From contig NC_090342.1 in assembly GCF_035084215.1 (NCBI RefSeq), forward strand, positions 9,114,001-9,178,000: a stretch of 64,000 bases of DNA, read 5' to 3'. The translations under genes were made by a program, and so were the position numbers. Origin of the DNA: Heptranchias perlo (taxonomy: Eukaryota). The notes beneath the pieces are model-generated. The model saw nothing but the letters and a program-made list of their open reading frames with translations, made no database searches and was not told the origin of the DNA. Positions 51,341 through 63,289 of the stretch are shown piece by piece (within the stretch, counting starts at the first letter, position 1; every line of letters begins with the position of its first letter).

Positions 51341-52327
51341 GCTGGTGCTTGTAATTAAAGCAGCTAGAATTAGATTAGCTCAGCTCACAAGCATAACCTA
51401 ATTGAAAGTACTGGTGGCTGCACTAATAAGGGGTCACTACAGCAGCATACTTGGTCAGTTACAAAAAATACCTACTGACTCAAATTTCAGTAGTTAATGC
51501 AGCTGAAAGGTGTAGAATGTGGAGGTTGTTAGGTAATATAGCATATCTACACTAGTGAGGTATTGACTACCCTATCTTCAGTATAGCAGTTAGATATCTG
51601 GCAACAGCCTGGCAAGCTTTGCTATTAACAAACCTTAGTGCCAATCATGTCAAGTGAGTTACATTTTTGCTGGTCTCTCATTGGACATACCATTAGGCCT
51701 CTAATTTCTGGATGCTAGGGTACAAATACCTACAAGGTCAAGAATGAATGTTCCAAAAGAAGTGCCTTGTTTCCTCTCAATTTTCCCTCTAAATTTCAAG
51801 ACAAGCAATTGGCCAAGACAAGCAATTGGCCAAGATGAATAGAAGATGGATGCCAAGGTTCTGCTGCTGTACAGTTGGCCACTAAATGTGCAATACCAGT
51901 TCACATCTTTTACCTGAGTGCATAGAAATAGCTTGTGATTTACTTCAGCTTTGGGGTGCTTGATAACCCCTGTGGTGAAGTTGCAATTGACTGGGCTATG
52001 TGTTACAAGTAGCCAGGAACATTGTTTCAATAGTGATTTTTAACCCTTAAATAATGCATTCTAGCATCTACAACTAGGTACTAGTTTGTTCTGTATAGAA
52101 GCAGGGAACTTACAATGCAGCTACACTTGAATCACAAGCCAAGGTTTTGGATTCTGTATGTTTGAAAGAAGGCATAGGGTGAGAGAATTTGTAAATATGG
52201 ACCAACTGGAATCTCATCCAGGTGAGATTATAAAAGTATAAACCCTTAAAGCTGGGGTGATGCAGCCATGGTCTGAGGTGTTAGGCTCAGTATTAAAGAA
52301 AAGGTGGTGTATGGGCAAGAATCAGAT

Positions 52328-52657
52328 TTTCTATGTTTCTACCTCTCTATCTCTGTTTTTTTTGTTTGTTGTTTTTTTTTGGTGATTTGTATATTCTGTG
52401 AGACCTGGCAGGTAACACCTGTCTGTCTGCACACTGATTGCCTTGGCAACGGGCAGTTGAAAAAACTGTCTGTACTCACCAAGCATTGTTCTGTGAATTA
52501 TAAATGCGATTTCATTTCGAGGATTTCATTTTCACATGACGAAGGAGGAAGCCTCCGAAAGCTTGTGAATTTAAAATAAAATTGCTGGACTATAACTTGG
52601 TGTTGTAAAATTGTTTACAATTGTCAACCCCAGTCCATCACCGGCATCTCCACATCA
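52328..52657 (+). mobile_element. Solo Penelope pLTR with core-mutated hammerhead
   Basis: ATGACGA-A-GGAGG(AAG)CCTCC-GAAA-GCTT at about 52536-52564; ends ccggcatctccacatca; TSD AGAATCAGAT (52318-52327, 52658-52667). Confidence 0.85.
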
Positions 52658-52664
52658 AGAATCA

Positions 52665-53340
52665 GATGACAGAGGAAGTATTTTGGGGGGAAGAAAGAGA
52701 GGAATGAGGTGGAGGTAGAAGAGAGGGGGGTTGCAGGTGTTAAGAGTAATAAGTTATTACAAGAAAAGCAGGAATGGTAATAGAAGAAAGATGAGAATAG
52801 GTAAGGAGCATTTTTCTGTACAGGCAGTATAAACAAAGCTTGTAAAAGTACAGCAGTCACTGATTGTGACAAACAATTGAATAGAAGTCACATGAAGTTG
52901 CTGGCTAAAATTAAAGTGCATGGATGGAATTTGAGGCAGTGTGGTGTATGTAGAAAACTGACGGAGGTACAGAATTGGGATTAAAAAGTATTCTTGGATT
53001 GGTGGGCAGAGATGAGTGGTGTCCCTTAAGAATCAGTGCTGGGGCCCATCTATAAACAAAAATATGAATGAGATCCAGTGCAGATGATTCTAAACTAGGA
53101 GAAACCAAAGAGCAGAAAGTTGGGAAGGAATATGGATTAAGCAAGTTGGCAGATACAGATCAAGTGAGATAGTACACAGTGGACAAAGGAAGTGTGGCAG
53201 ATAAAGGAATTTAGCGGTCCAGGATTAATGAGCAATCAAAAGGCTAATGGGATGCTAGCCTTGTTAAAGTCCTACTGCAATAGTACAGAATATTGTTCAC
53301 ATCTCGTTTGGAATATTGTGTTTAATTTTGGTGCACTAAA
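52665..53340 (+). mobile_element. Highly degraded CR1 fragment
   Basis: Remnants gtggtgtcccttaagaatcagtgctggggcc and gcagatgattctaaactagg (GVPQGS and ADD regions). Confidence 0.55.
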
Positions 53341-54237
53341 CTACCTTAAGAAGAAGTCAAAAGATAATAACTCTTCCCTTGTTCTGGATTTCCAGAGGGG
53401 AAAATAGCTTGAATTAATAGTTGTTTACTTCAAATTGTGAATTCATTTTATTAAGCACTAAATTCCACCTCAGTTCAATTCAAATGTAGATAATATATTC
53501 AACACAAGAATTATTGGACTCTAACTGTAGAATTCAAGCAAAGACTGTTGACAGCAAATAGTTAAAACTTCACAAGTTGAGACTGGAAAATCAAGCCACA
53601 CAATGATTTCAAGTCAATTCAGGTGTTTAGGAGGGAAGTAAGGATATGGAGAAGCAGGGAATTGAGATGTGAAAGATAGACCAGCTATAGCTAACAAAAT
53701 AGTAAAGCAGGCTTAATGGGCCAGATAGCTTAAACTGCAGGGACTGGAGTGTGTGGTGGATAGCAAATATTTGAATTTGATACATTTCCATATGTATGAT
53801 TTGGGTGTTTATTGTTTGTGCCACCTCTAACAAAAAAAAGGGGGCACTTTTAGTTTATTTGGGTTGAGAACACTGGAACAACCCCGTGGTTCACAAGAGA
53901 CCTACTATCACCCTACAAGCCATGAAGTAATTTGGAACGCTCTTTAGCCTACTCTTTTGGCCTGGAGATACAAGTGGCAAGGAACTCAGTTACAGAACTC
54001 CAAATGCTCTGAAATTTGAAAGTGCAGGACAGATATTTTGTTTGCATTAGATTTTTCTTTATTGCACAATATGAACATGTTAACCAAAATGGCCCTTTTA
54101 AGCAAACTTTAAAAAGATAGTACACATCATTTTTATATCAAGTGTCAAAATAATTTTACAATGTTGGTAATACAATCAACTATTTGTAGCTGTACAATAT
54201 ACTTCATGAAGCACTTGAATCTTTTGTTCTACTTTCT

Positions 54238-54961
54238 TCAGTGTTTTTCAGAATTATGAGTTTGCATTTGGTCTTTCAGTCCCAGAAGTTCTGTTTTAAG
54301 CTCACCTGGTTTAGGTGGAATTTCTGGTATACTCTAAAGAAAAAAAAATGGAATTACAAAACTTAAATTAACAGGGCTTAGAATTTTAAAGCAAATAAGT
54401 TCAGAATAAACCTAAAGTCCTGTAACAGTAGATATCTTAACACTATAGTTTATGGTTTTATCCCCAGTTTAAAAGTAATGGTAAAAGAACCAGAGGCAAG
54501 ATGAGGAGAATTTTTTCACATGTTTCTGCTACGCCATGGAGGGGATGTGGGTTCATGCATGCCCTCAAAATGAGCTCTCCAATTTCAACCACGTGCTTGG
54601 AGAAAAGAAACAATGGTTAGAGTCCACCGCAGCGTTTCTCTGCAGAAATTAAGGGGATGGGAATAAAATACTAATAACTTGAGCACAATTGACAACTATC
54701 AGCCCTCAATCTTCAAGTCCTAGTGGTAGGCTAAAAGCAATATTGCCAGAGAGCTGAAGTCAACTTGCCTACATGCCCCTCCCCAGCCAGAGAATATTAA
54801 TGGCAAGATGCAAGGCAAAGGGGGAAAAAAAATGTATAGGACTACTCACTCACCAAATCTGGTCTGTAGTACCTGTGGACGACTTCTGCTCCTGCAAACA
54901 TTGCTAGAATGCTAGTCCCCAGCATCTTTAGGTAACGAGACCAGGACACCCCTGCAGGCAT
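54238..54961 (-). CDS. UQCC6: UQCC6 / BRAWNIN (C12orf73), 67-aa mitochondrial complex III assembly microprotein
   Basis: Exons 54961-54854 (MPAGVSWSRYLKMLGTSILAMFAGAEVVHRYYRPDL) and 54333-54238 (SIPEIPPKPGELKTELLGLKDQMQTHNSEKH*), GT-AG, phase 0. Syntenic between HSP90B1 and TDG. AATAAA on minus at 54063-54058. Confidence 0.95.
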
Positions 54962-55984
54962 CTTTGTTTGCTAAAATAGTCTCCTAATGAGTGTTAGCTG
55001 TAAAACAAATGTTGGATAATCAGTTGAAAACAGCACCAATAATGCATTCTACTGATTATTGAAAATCAATTTGGATATAGTAAATAGCAGTGCAAATGTA
55101 TTCAAGATCTTCCACTGTATCACAATGATGCTGTAGTGAACAATCAGCTCAGTTGATGCACATTGTACATTTTTAACTGCAATAATGTGTATACATAATT
55201 TGGTGGCAGGTAACAAAATATATTCAGTAACTGTTTTGTGATAAGTGTCAATTGTTTGCTCTTGAAAAAAGTGAAAATGGTCCAGTGTATGTACAGATTA
55301 CATAAGAACACATTTGATTAATCAAACAATAACTACATTGTGCATTTATATAGCACCTTTACCATAAAATGTCCCAAGGCGCTTCACAGGAACGTTATCA
55401 AACAAAATTTGACACCGAGCCACATCGGGACAAGTGACCAAAAGCTTGGTCAAAAAGTAAGGTTTTATGAAGCGTTGAAAAGGAGGGTTTAGGGAGGGAA
55501 TTCCAGGGCTTAGGGCCTCGGCAGCTGAGGACACTGCCGCAAATGACAGAGCGATTAAAATCGGGGATGCGCAAGAGGCAATAATTGTAAACTTAAGATA
55601 ATATTTTTATTTATTGACGTACGACTCAACTAAATTTGTATTAATGTGTATTATGATACATTATAAATTTAAACCTATAAAAATGCATGAAACAAACATC
55701 TTGTAGGAGGCTAATTGATCTTACTGCTAGAAGTTTCACTAGATTGGCAGCTGCATGACTCCTTTGGACAGAGGCCAAGTTATCTTACAGTCAGAAAATA
55801 ACATTTTCTTTTTTTTTTGTTTTTTTAACAAAATGTTCAGTTGGGACTCATTAGGTTTTTTTGCATAAAACATTTGTTGGAAACATTTTGAACACAGAAA
55901 ATGCTATTGTTTAGGTAAGTCTGAAGAACAAATGGACTTGAATTTACATCGCACCTTTCACATCTTCAGGACATCCCAAAGTAC

Positions 55985-56900
55985 GTAGGAACAGGAGTAG
56001 GCCATTCAGCCCCTTTAACCTGTTCCGCCATTCAATTAGATCATGGCTGATCTGTACCTCAACTCCATCTACTCACCTTGGTTCCATAACCCTTAATACC
56101 CATGTTGAACAAAAATCTTAATCTCAGTTTTGACATTTTCAATTGACCCCCAGACTCAACAGCTTTTTGATTTTGGGGGGGGGGGGGGAAAAAGAAGAAA
56201 AAAAAAGTTCCAGATTTCCACTATGATTGTGAAGAAGTGCTTTCTGACATCACTCCCGAACAGCCTAGCTCTAATTTTATTATGTTTCCTTCTTCTGGAC
56301 TCTCCCACCAGAGGAAATAGGGTAGATAGAGAGAAACTATCAACTCCTTTAAACATCATAAACACTTCATTAGATTACCCCATAATCAAGGGAATACAAG
56401 CCTAGTCTATACAACCTGTCCTCATAATTTAACCCTAGTATCATTCTGGTGAATCTGCACTGCACCCCCCCAAGGCCAATGTATCCTTCCTGAGGTGCAG
56501 TGCCTAGAACTGAATGCTGTACTCCAGATAGGGTCTAACCAGAGCTCTGTACAGCTGTAACATAACATCCACCCTTTGCATTCCAGCCCTCGAGATGAGC
56601 CTTTCTAATTATTTTTTGTACCTGTCTTTTAGTGATTTCTGTACTTGGACCCCTGAATCTCTCTGCTCATCCACAGTTCCTAGGTTCTTGCCATTTAGAA
56701 TATACTCTGATCTCTTTTTCTTAGGTCCAAAGTGGATGACCTTACACTCTCCCACGTTGAACTCCATCTGCCACACTTTTGCCCACTCAATCTCCCAATG
56801 TTCCCTTGCAACTTTCTGCTCCCATCTGCACTACTTACTGTGCCACCTAACTTAGTGTTGTCAGCAAACTTAGATATATGGCTCTCTACTCCTTCACAGC
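55985..56900 (-). mobile_element. CR1 (family A) 3' fragment
   Basis: Homologous to 45487-46385; LFPLVGESR...FFT..VEIWN. Confidence 0.8.
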
Positions 56901-57606
56901 CAATTACTTTTAAAAGTGTTAATATGTTTTGGTGGTGTCACAGAGTTAAACATTGGTCATGTCATAGAATTTCCTGTTCTTAAAATAATGCCATGGGATC
57001 TTTTACATCTATCTGAACAGTAGGGGGCCTCAGTAAGTCCTCTGAAAGATGGCACCTCCAAAAATGCAACATTTCTTCAGTACTGCACTGGACAAAGATG
57101 AAAATCAAGATATTTTCAGTAATTTCATGAGTTTTCCTTTATTGGTAGATGTTGTTGAAGCTCTTTCTGGAATGGCCATTTTCAGACATGCAAGAGTTTT
57201 TCCTGAGTTTGACTAGTACAATACCCATCTCTTCAGTTTTTGAATGTAGCTGCTTTGTGACTATGAAACTTGAGCCAAATTCATTGCAGGTGTAACACAA
57301 AATTTTGTATATTTAAGAGTATGGCATCCAAAGGGAGATGGACAAACATGCACTGGACACAAGTGTGACATCTGAAGTGCAATGTGTAGATTATTTTTAC
57401 ACACACATACTAGCAAATCTCCAATGGTGCTCTTCAGTCAGTAAGAGGATGCATAAAGGACAGGACCATTATACAAGACAACATTTATGTATGTAGTATT
57501 TGAGAGATTCCTGTTACAGTGAAGGTCTGTTAAAGAGACCTGAAGTCAGCACCACCATCTAAGAGAACAGACAGTTGACCTTATCTCAGCTCTGTCAATA
57601 CATGTT

Positions 57607-57779
57607 TAGCCATGATGTGGAGATGCCGGTGATGGATTGGGGTTGACAATTGTAAACAATTTTACAACACCAAGTTATAGTCCAACGATTTTATTTGAAA
57701 TTTACAAGCTTTCGGAGGCTTCGAAAGCTTGTAAATTTCAAATAAAATCATTGGATTTGGTGTTGTAAACAATTTTACA
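57607..57779. mobile_element. Second Penelope fold-back insertion, hammerhead core absent
   Basis: Same tgatgtggagatgccggtgatgg end as 5648; inverted arms centred near 57718 (aagctttcg gaggctt cgaaagctt); flanking ACATGTTTA duplication (57600-57608, 57780-57788). Confidence 0.85.
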
Positions 57780-58664
57780 ACATGTTTATAAACAGACATT
57801 AGAAGTTTCACCAATGGCCTACCATTACTGCCTGTCTACTTTCCTCAACTTGCTTATGTGTGAGAAGCACTAGACCTCTGACACCCTGTGGTCACCCTCT
57901 TTCCATTTTATTTGCAAGGTCCCTTTTTGCAATTTAAAAGCATACAAACTCTTACCAATCATGTACTATTACATACACCTCCACTTAAATAAAAACTGTA
58001 AGCTTTGTTTTTTCTTCTTTCCTGTTGCTTCAGAGATGTGACTCAATAAAAAGGTCTAAGCTCTCCAGTACTTCACCCAAGTGGCTATTCTTCATGCAAG
58101 AACGTTGACTGATTTGTATGAAGAAATACAAAATGGAGAAAGCATAGAAGAAATCAGGGTGTTTTCATTAATAGAGGAGCTAATAAGAGATTAGATAGGT
58201 GTTTAAAATTATAACAGGGTGAGACAGGATAGAAGTAGATTGTTTCCAGTGATTTGGGGGGTGGGTCTAGACAATACATAGATTAAATTTGTGACCCAGG
58301 ACAGAGAGCAGGATATCCCTTTTTTAAATACAGGGATGTGAGGCTATGAAATGCACTACTAGAATTAGTGATAAAAGCAGAAAACAGGTCAGATAGATGG
58401 TTGGAGAAGAGGGTAATAAAAGGGATATGGGAACAGGGCAGGCACATGAGATTAGGACTACTGCTTGTGCAAAGGATAAACACCTGTGCCACTTTTATAT
58501 GCCTCTCTGTCTCACCTTTTATTTCTCTCATTATGGCTCCTATTGTCTCATCACTAACACCATTTCCTGTGCTCCACTTAAAACACTTCACAAGCCATTC
58601 TATTTCTTTCCCCCCTGTCTCCTTGTTCTGCTCTTTTTAAATGCAGTTGGTCGCTATTATCTTC

Positions 58665-58800
58665 CAATTCCGATGAAGGCTCCACATCGGAAAAATGTTC
58701 ACCTGTTGAGTTCTGACGAAAGGGCGTCGACCTGAAATGTTAACCGTTCCTATTTCCACAGATCCTGCTAAGTGCTTGCGGTATCTGCAATGTGTTTTTC
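58665..58800 (+). mobile_element. Second-family pLTR with tandem hammerhead-like motifs
   Basis: Decayed CCGATGA motif at 58670 and near-intact GTT-CTGACGA-A-AGG(gcgtcga)CCT-GAAA-TGTT-AAC at 58710-58744. Confidence 0.6.
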
Positions 58801-59174
58801 TTTATTGGGGGGGGGGAGGGGAAGAATAAAGAGAAACGATCTGCCCGTGTGTGGTAATTTCTATGGGGGTTTACACCTTAGCTCAGGGTCCAGGAGGACC
58901 ACCAGGTTACACAGAACTTGCATTTCTATAAGACCTTTAACGTAGTAAAACGTCTCAAGGCGCTTCACAGGAGAGTAGTCAGACAAAATATGACACCGAG
59001 CTACATGAGACATTAGGCAGGTCACCAAAAGCTTGGTCAAAGAGGTAAGTTTTAGGGAGCGTGTTGAAGCAGAATTCACCGTCGAGTTTCTAATGGGCCA
59101 GGAAACACAGCTCCCAGTATCCCAATGGATTTACAACGGGCCTCGGTCCTACTCATGGCACTACCGACACTTAC

Positions 59175-59936
59175 CCCCTTCCTCCCGGGCCTCTAAACCA
59201 TTCAACCTTCAGCCGGAAGCCTTCGAGCCACTCGGACGTGCTTCAGTCACAAGCGTCCCTCCCACTACGACTACTACATCCTCGCCCGCTACATTCGTTC
59301 CGCTCTTGGGAAGCCGTCGTACCACGAACGGTAAACTCTATCCATTCACCTCCAGCCAGTTTTTAAAAAAAAACGATGAGCTTGTGAGGCCCGCAACGAG
59401 ACTGCGCATTTTCAGCAGTTGCCGCCTCTCTCCAAACCGCCCTGCTGCGGGAAGCCGTTGGGCAATGGAACGCGCACCGGAATTCAAATCGTCTGAGGAG
59501 CATACCACTACAGAACTGGGGGCAGACGCAACATGCGAATAATCTCACTTTAAAAGACAGTTATCGCGGGTGTGTTCAATTGAGTAACAAAAATCTCTAT
59601 TTGTCAATTGCTAAAATCATTCTAATTTTTTCTCCAGTTTATTTTTTTTTAAATTATCTTTTATAGTACTCTTCTAATCCTTCTCCCCTCCCCCCTTTCG
59701 GGGAAGCAGTTGGTGGAGTCGGTCCGCGCGCGCTACCCCTGCCACAGTGAGTCGGCGCCCCCTTTTGTGCTGTGGACTGACGGGCCTGCGGTGTTTGGAG
59801 AGCTCGATACCGGCGGCAACGCTGCTCTCATCCGGACCCCTTAATAAATCAAACGGGCTGGTCCCGCGGAAGTACCGGTCAGTTTAATCTCTATCCCGTC
59901 GGCGGGCTCCGTCAATAATAAATAATAATAATAATA
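59175..59936. promoter_or_regulatory. CpG-island bidirectional promoter UQCC6/TDG, including probable non-coding UQCC6 exon 1
   Basis: CpG-rich. Minus-strand donor GGG|GTAAGT at 59174-59169. ETS-like CGGAAG motifs near 59213 and 59867. Flanked by divergent genes. Confidence 0.7.
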
Positions 59937-62900
59937 ATGGAAGCACAGCCTCCGGCCCCGATGTTGCCGCCCGCGTATTTCCAGGATTGGTGAGTGAGGT
60001 TAGAGCCCGCCGCTCGGGGCCTGAGTCTCGGCCTTGCCTTTCCTTCTCCCTCCCTCCCTCCCTCCAAATTCGGTCCCGGTGCAGTGACCGAATCCTCTTT
60101 TGTCATCTTCAGGTGCAACAGCTCCGTCCAGCAGCCCCCAGCTCTCCAGCCGGCTCACTGTCACCTACCGACGGGGCCCGATCACTTCAGCATGGAGGAG
60201 GCTGCAGCCCAGGTCCAGGCGCCAGCGGCCGCACAGGGTAAGAGTCTCCAGGTTTTTTTTAAAAAAGCTGTTTTAATTGTGAGACTCTAATCGCAGAACA
60301 ACATCAAAAAACCCCTCCGCGTCCAATAAAAACCTTTAACAAAAGGATAAATCGTAGCTTTTTCTGCTGCCTGTTGACTATAAGAGTGCTGGGTTGGGTC
60401 GTGAGGTGGTTATCGTACTCAAAAGAAAGACTTGCGTTTATATAGAGCCTTTCACTACCTCGGTCTGAAGCTCTTTACAACCGAGGAAGTACTTTTGAAG
60501 TGTGGACACTGTTGTAATGTAGGAAACGCAGCAGCCAATTTGCGCACAGCAAGGTCCCACAAACAGCAATTAGATAATGACCAGATAATCTGTTTTAGTG
60601 ATGTTGGTTGTGGGATAAATATTGGCCAGGACACCGCGGAGCATTCCCCTGTCCCTCTTTAAAATAATGGCCGTGAGATCACCTGAGAGGGTAGACGGGG
60701 CCTTGGTTTAACATCTCATCCGAAAGAGGGTATCTCCAACACTGCAGCACTCAGTACTGCACTGGGAGTGTCAGCCTAAATTCTGTGCTGAAGTCTCTGG
60801 ACTAGCAAACCAGGGCTCTTTGACTTCAGACTTCCATGGATTCAATTTGTAGGCTGGTACCGGAAAAAAGCGAACATAAAGTGTGCCAAATTACCATTAA
60901 AAAATGCAAATAGTTGAAGGAGCCTGCTACTCCTACCCTGTCTGGGCTACCTGTGACTTAAGTCTCACAACTACATAGCTGACTCTCAGACGTGGCTGAA
61001 CAAGTCATTCAGCTGTAAAAGAATTATATTGCCAACAAGGATGCCCACCATGACTTCATTGAGGGAACTAGGAATGGGCAATAGATGTGTTGCCCACACC
61101 CTTAGAGAAAATTAACAGTTAGTGGGAGATGATACTTAATCCAGCTCTGTACACCTCATTCATTTTATTAACTTCCTCACAATCAGCTCTTGAAAGGCCA
61201 GCTTTCAGAACTTGTATATGGATGTGTATATAGCTGCTTGTTTAGAACCCACCATGGCCTTGCCCCTCCCTATCCCTCAGACTGAGGTCCCAACGGAGTC
61301 CACAAGATCATTAGATTTCTTTATTTTTTGCAATTTGTTACATCACTAGCATAGTTATTTATGTTGCTTCAGCATCTTTTGATTTATTCTACGTGTGAGA
61401 AATGCATCTTGTGTATCTACAACAACAACTTGCGTTTATGTAGCGCCTTTAAAGTAGTAAAAAGTCCCAAGGCACTTCACAGGTGTTTTATCAAACAAAA
61501 TTTAACACCGAGCCACATATGGAGATAGTAGGACAGGAGAGGTAGGTTTTAAGGAGCGTCTTAAAGGAGGAGAGCAAGGCGCAGAGGTTTAGGGAAGGAA
61601 TTCTAGAGCTTAGGGCCTACGCAGCTGAAGGCATGGCTGCCAGTGGTGGAGCGATTAAAATCAGGGATTGGCAAGAATTGGAGGAGCGTAGAGATCTCAA
61701 AGGGTTGGAGGAGGTTACGGAGATAGGGAGGGGCAAGGCCATGGAGGGATTTGTAAACAAAGACAAGAATTTTAAAATTGAGGTGTTCCCGGACTGGGTG
61801 TCAACGTAGGTCAGTGAGCACAGGGGTGATGGGTGAACGGGACTTGGTGCAAGTTAGGTACAGGCAGCAGAGTTTTGGATGAGCTCAAGTTTATGGAGGG
61901 TGGAAGATGGGAGGCTGGCCAGGAGAGCATTGGAATAGTTGAGTCTAGAGGTAATAAAGGCTCTACACATCCAGATCCTAAGCAAATATCAAATCCACCT
62001 TCGGAGGTGGAGGGGAAACAGTTATTTAAATTACAGTTTTTGGGAGAGAATAACAAAGAAAGTTCTGTAAAGTGGTGGAAAAGTAGTATTACAAATATGT
62101 TAGGCTCTGTATCTTTTAGTATCAGCATTGTGTGTAATAATTTCCTCTTGTGTCAATCATGTGATACACTGCTTCAGTAATGTTGCTGTTGTATTTAGGC
62201 TACACGGCTGTAAACATCAGAAACTATTGAATTCGATGTAAGTTAGTTTCTTTCCATTCATGGTCTTTGTTTGTGGTCTCTGTTTAGTTTTATACCACAA
62301 AATGAGAAAGAAAAAAATGTCAACCCTGAGTCATTCAGGAGGATAATTCATATCTAAACTGACAGAAGCTTGAGAGTTGATTCACCTCTGTTTCATCCCT
62401 GGTGCTATGCTCATAATTTGAGGTGATAATCGTGTGGTCTAATGTGTCACTGCACAAACCTTTTTTTAAGTAGTGTTTTAGTACATAGTGTTTCACAGAT
62501 ATAGATACTGCTTGCAATCATTTGTTAATGCTGCTGCTAGGGACAGTTCTGGCTATGTCACTAATGTACAAGGTACCTCCCAACAGTATGGAAACTCACC
62601 TCAAGGCTCCCTTTTCCATTAGAGGCAATCATAAGCAGGTGATGTGCATTTTGTTCCTGCTGTGAGTGGGCAGAGAGTTCTCAGCCAGTCTTAAAAGTCG
62701 TCAGTGTAATTTTTAAGTCACTAGCATGATCGCTAAACTTTCTCCCGGGAAGATTTGTAGCTAGAAACTTCAGAATTACAATTGATTTTCCATTTTGTAG
62801 ATTTTTTTTTAATCAAAATTTATCTTAAGTAGACATTACTCCAGTGACATTAAAGTATTATTGAAAGTATCTAATAACTTTGCTCAAGTCTTAGTTTAGG

Positions 62901-63289
62901 TTTGTGTCTGTGATGGCCTTCTTAAGATTTGTCAAAGTTGGTGACTTGAGCTATGGAATAAACCTCCTTTACTGATGCAGCGGTGACTGATGATTAACTG
63001 CATGCAAAAAAGAAGTCAGACCAATTCAGGATTCGATGTTGCTGTGTTTTTCTCAGCAGCCCCAAAACGTAAAAGAGGAAGACCTCCAGGATCGCAGCAA
63101 AAGAAGTCTGAGGGAGCAGGTACCAAACGAGGCAAAACAGATGGGAAATCAGGGGGAAAACAAGAAAAAATCACGGATGCTTTTAAAACTGTGAAAAGAA
63201 AAATCGATCGATTCAATGGAATAAGTGAAGCCGAGCTTCTGACAAAAACCTTACCAGATATATTGACCTACGGTTTAGACATTGTGATT
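59937..63289 (+). CDS. TDG: G/T mismatch-specific thymine DNA glycosylase, first three coding exons; continues beyond right edge
   Basis: Exons 59937-59989, 60113-60237, 63057-63289 with compatible phases (2,1,0). Exon 3 has QEKITDAFKTVKRKIDRFNGISEAELLTKTLPDILTYGLDIVI, the TDG PIP-degron and start of the catalytic domain. Exons 1-2 are less certain than exon 3. Confidence 0.92.
60421..60800 (-). mobile_element. SINE (same family as 530-950) in TDG intron 2
   Basis: Reverse-complement homology to 600-950 including the tail. Confidence 0.8.
61420..61960 (-). mobile_element. L2-type LINE 3' fragment in TDG intron 2
   Basis: Homologous to 24060-24625. Confidence 0.7.

Noticed and set aside
51796-51835. 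Short tandem duplication (caagacaagcaattggc x2)
   Set aside because: Isolated intergenic slippage duplication with no supporting context.
59033-59542. 169-aa ORF in the UQCC6/TDG promoter
   Set aside because: Starts inside an L2 fragment, crosses a GC-rich promoter and shows no recognisable motif.
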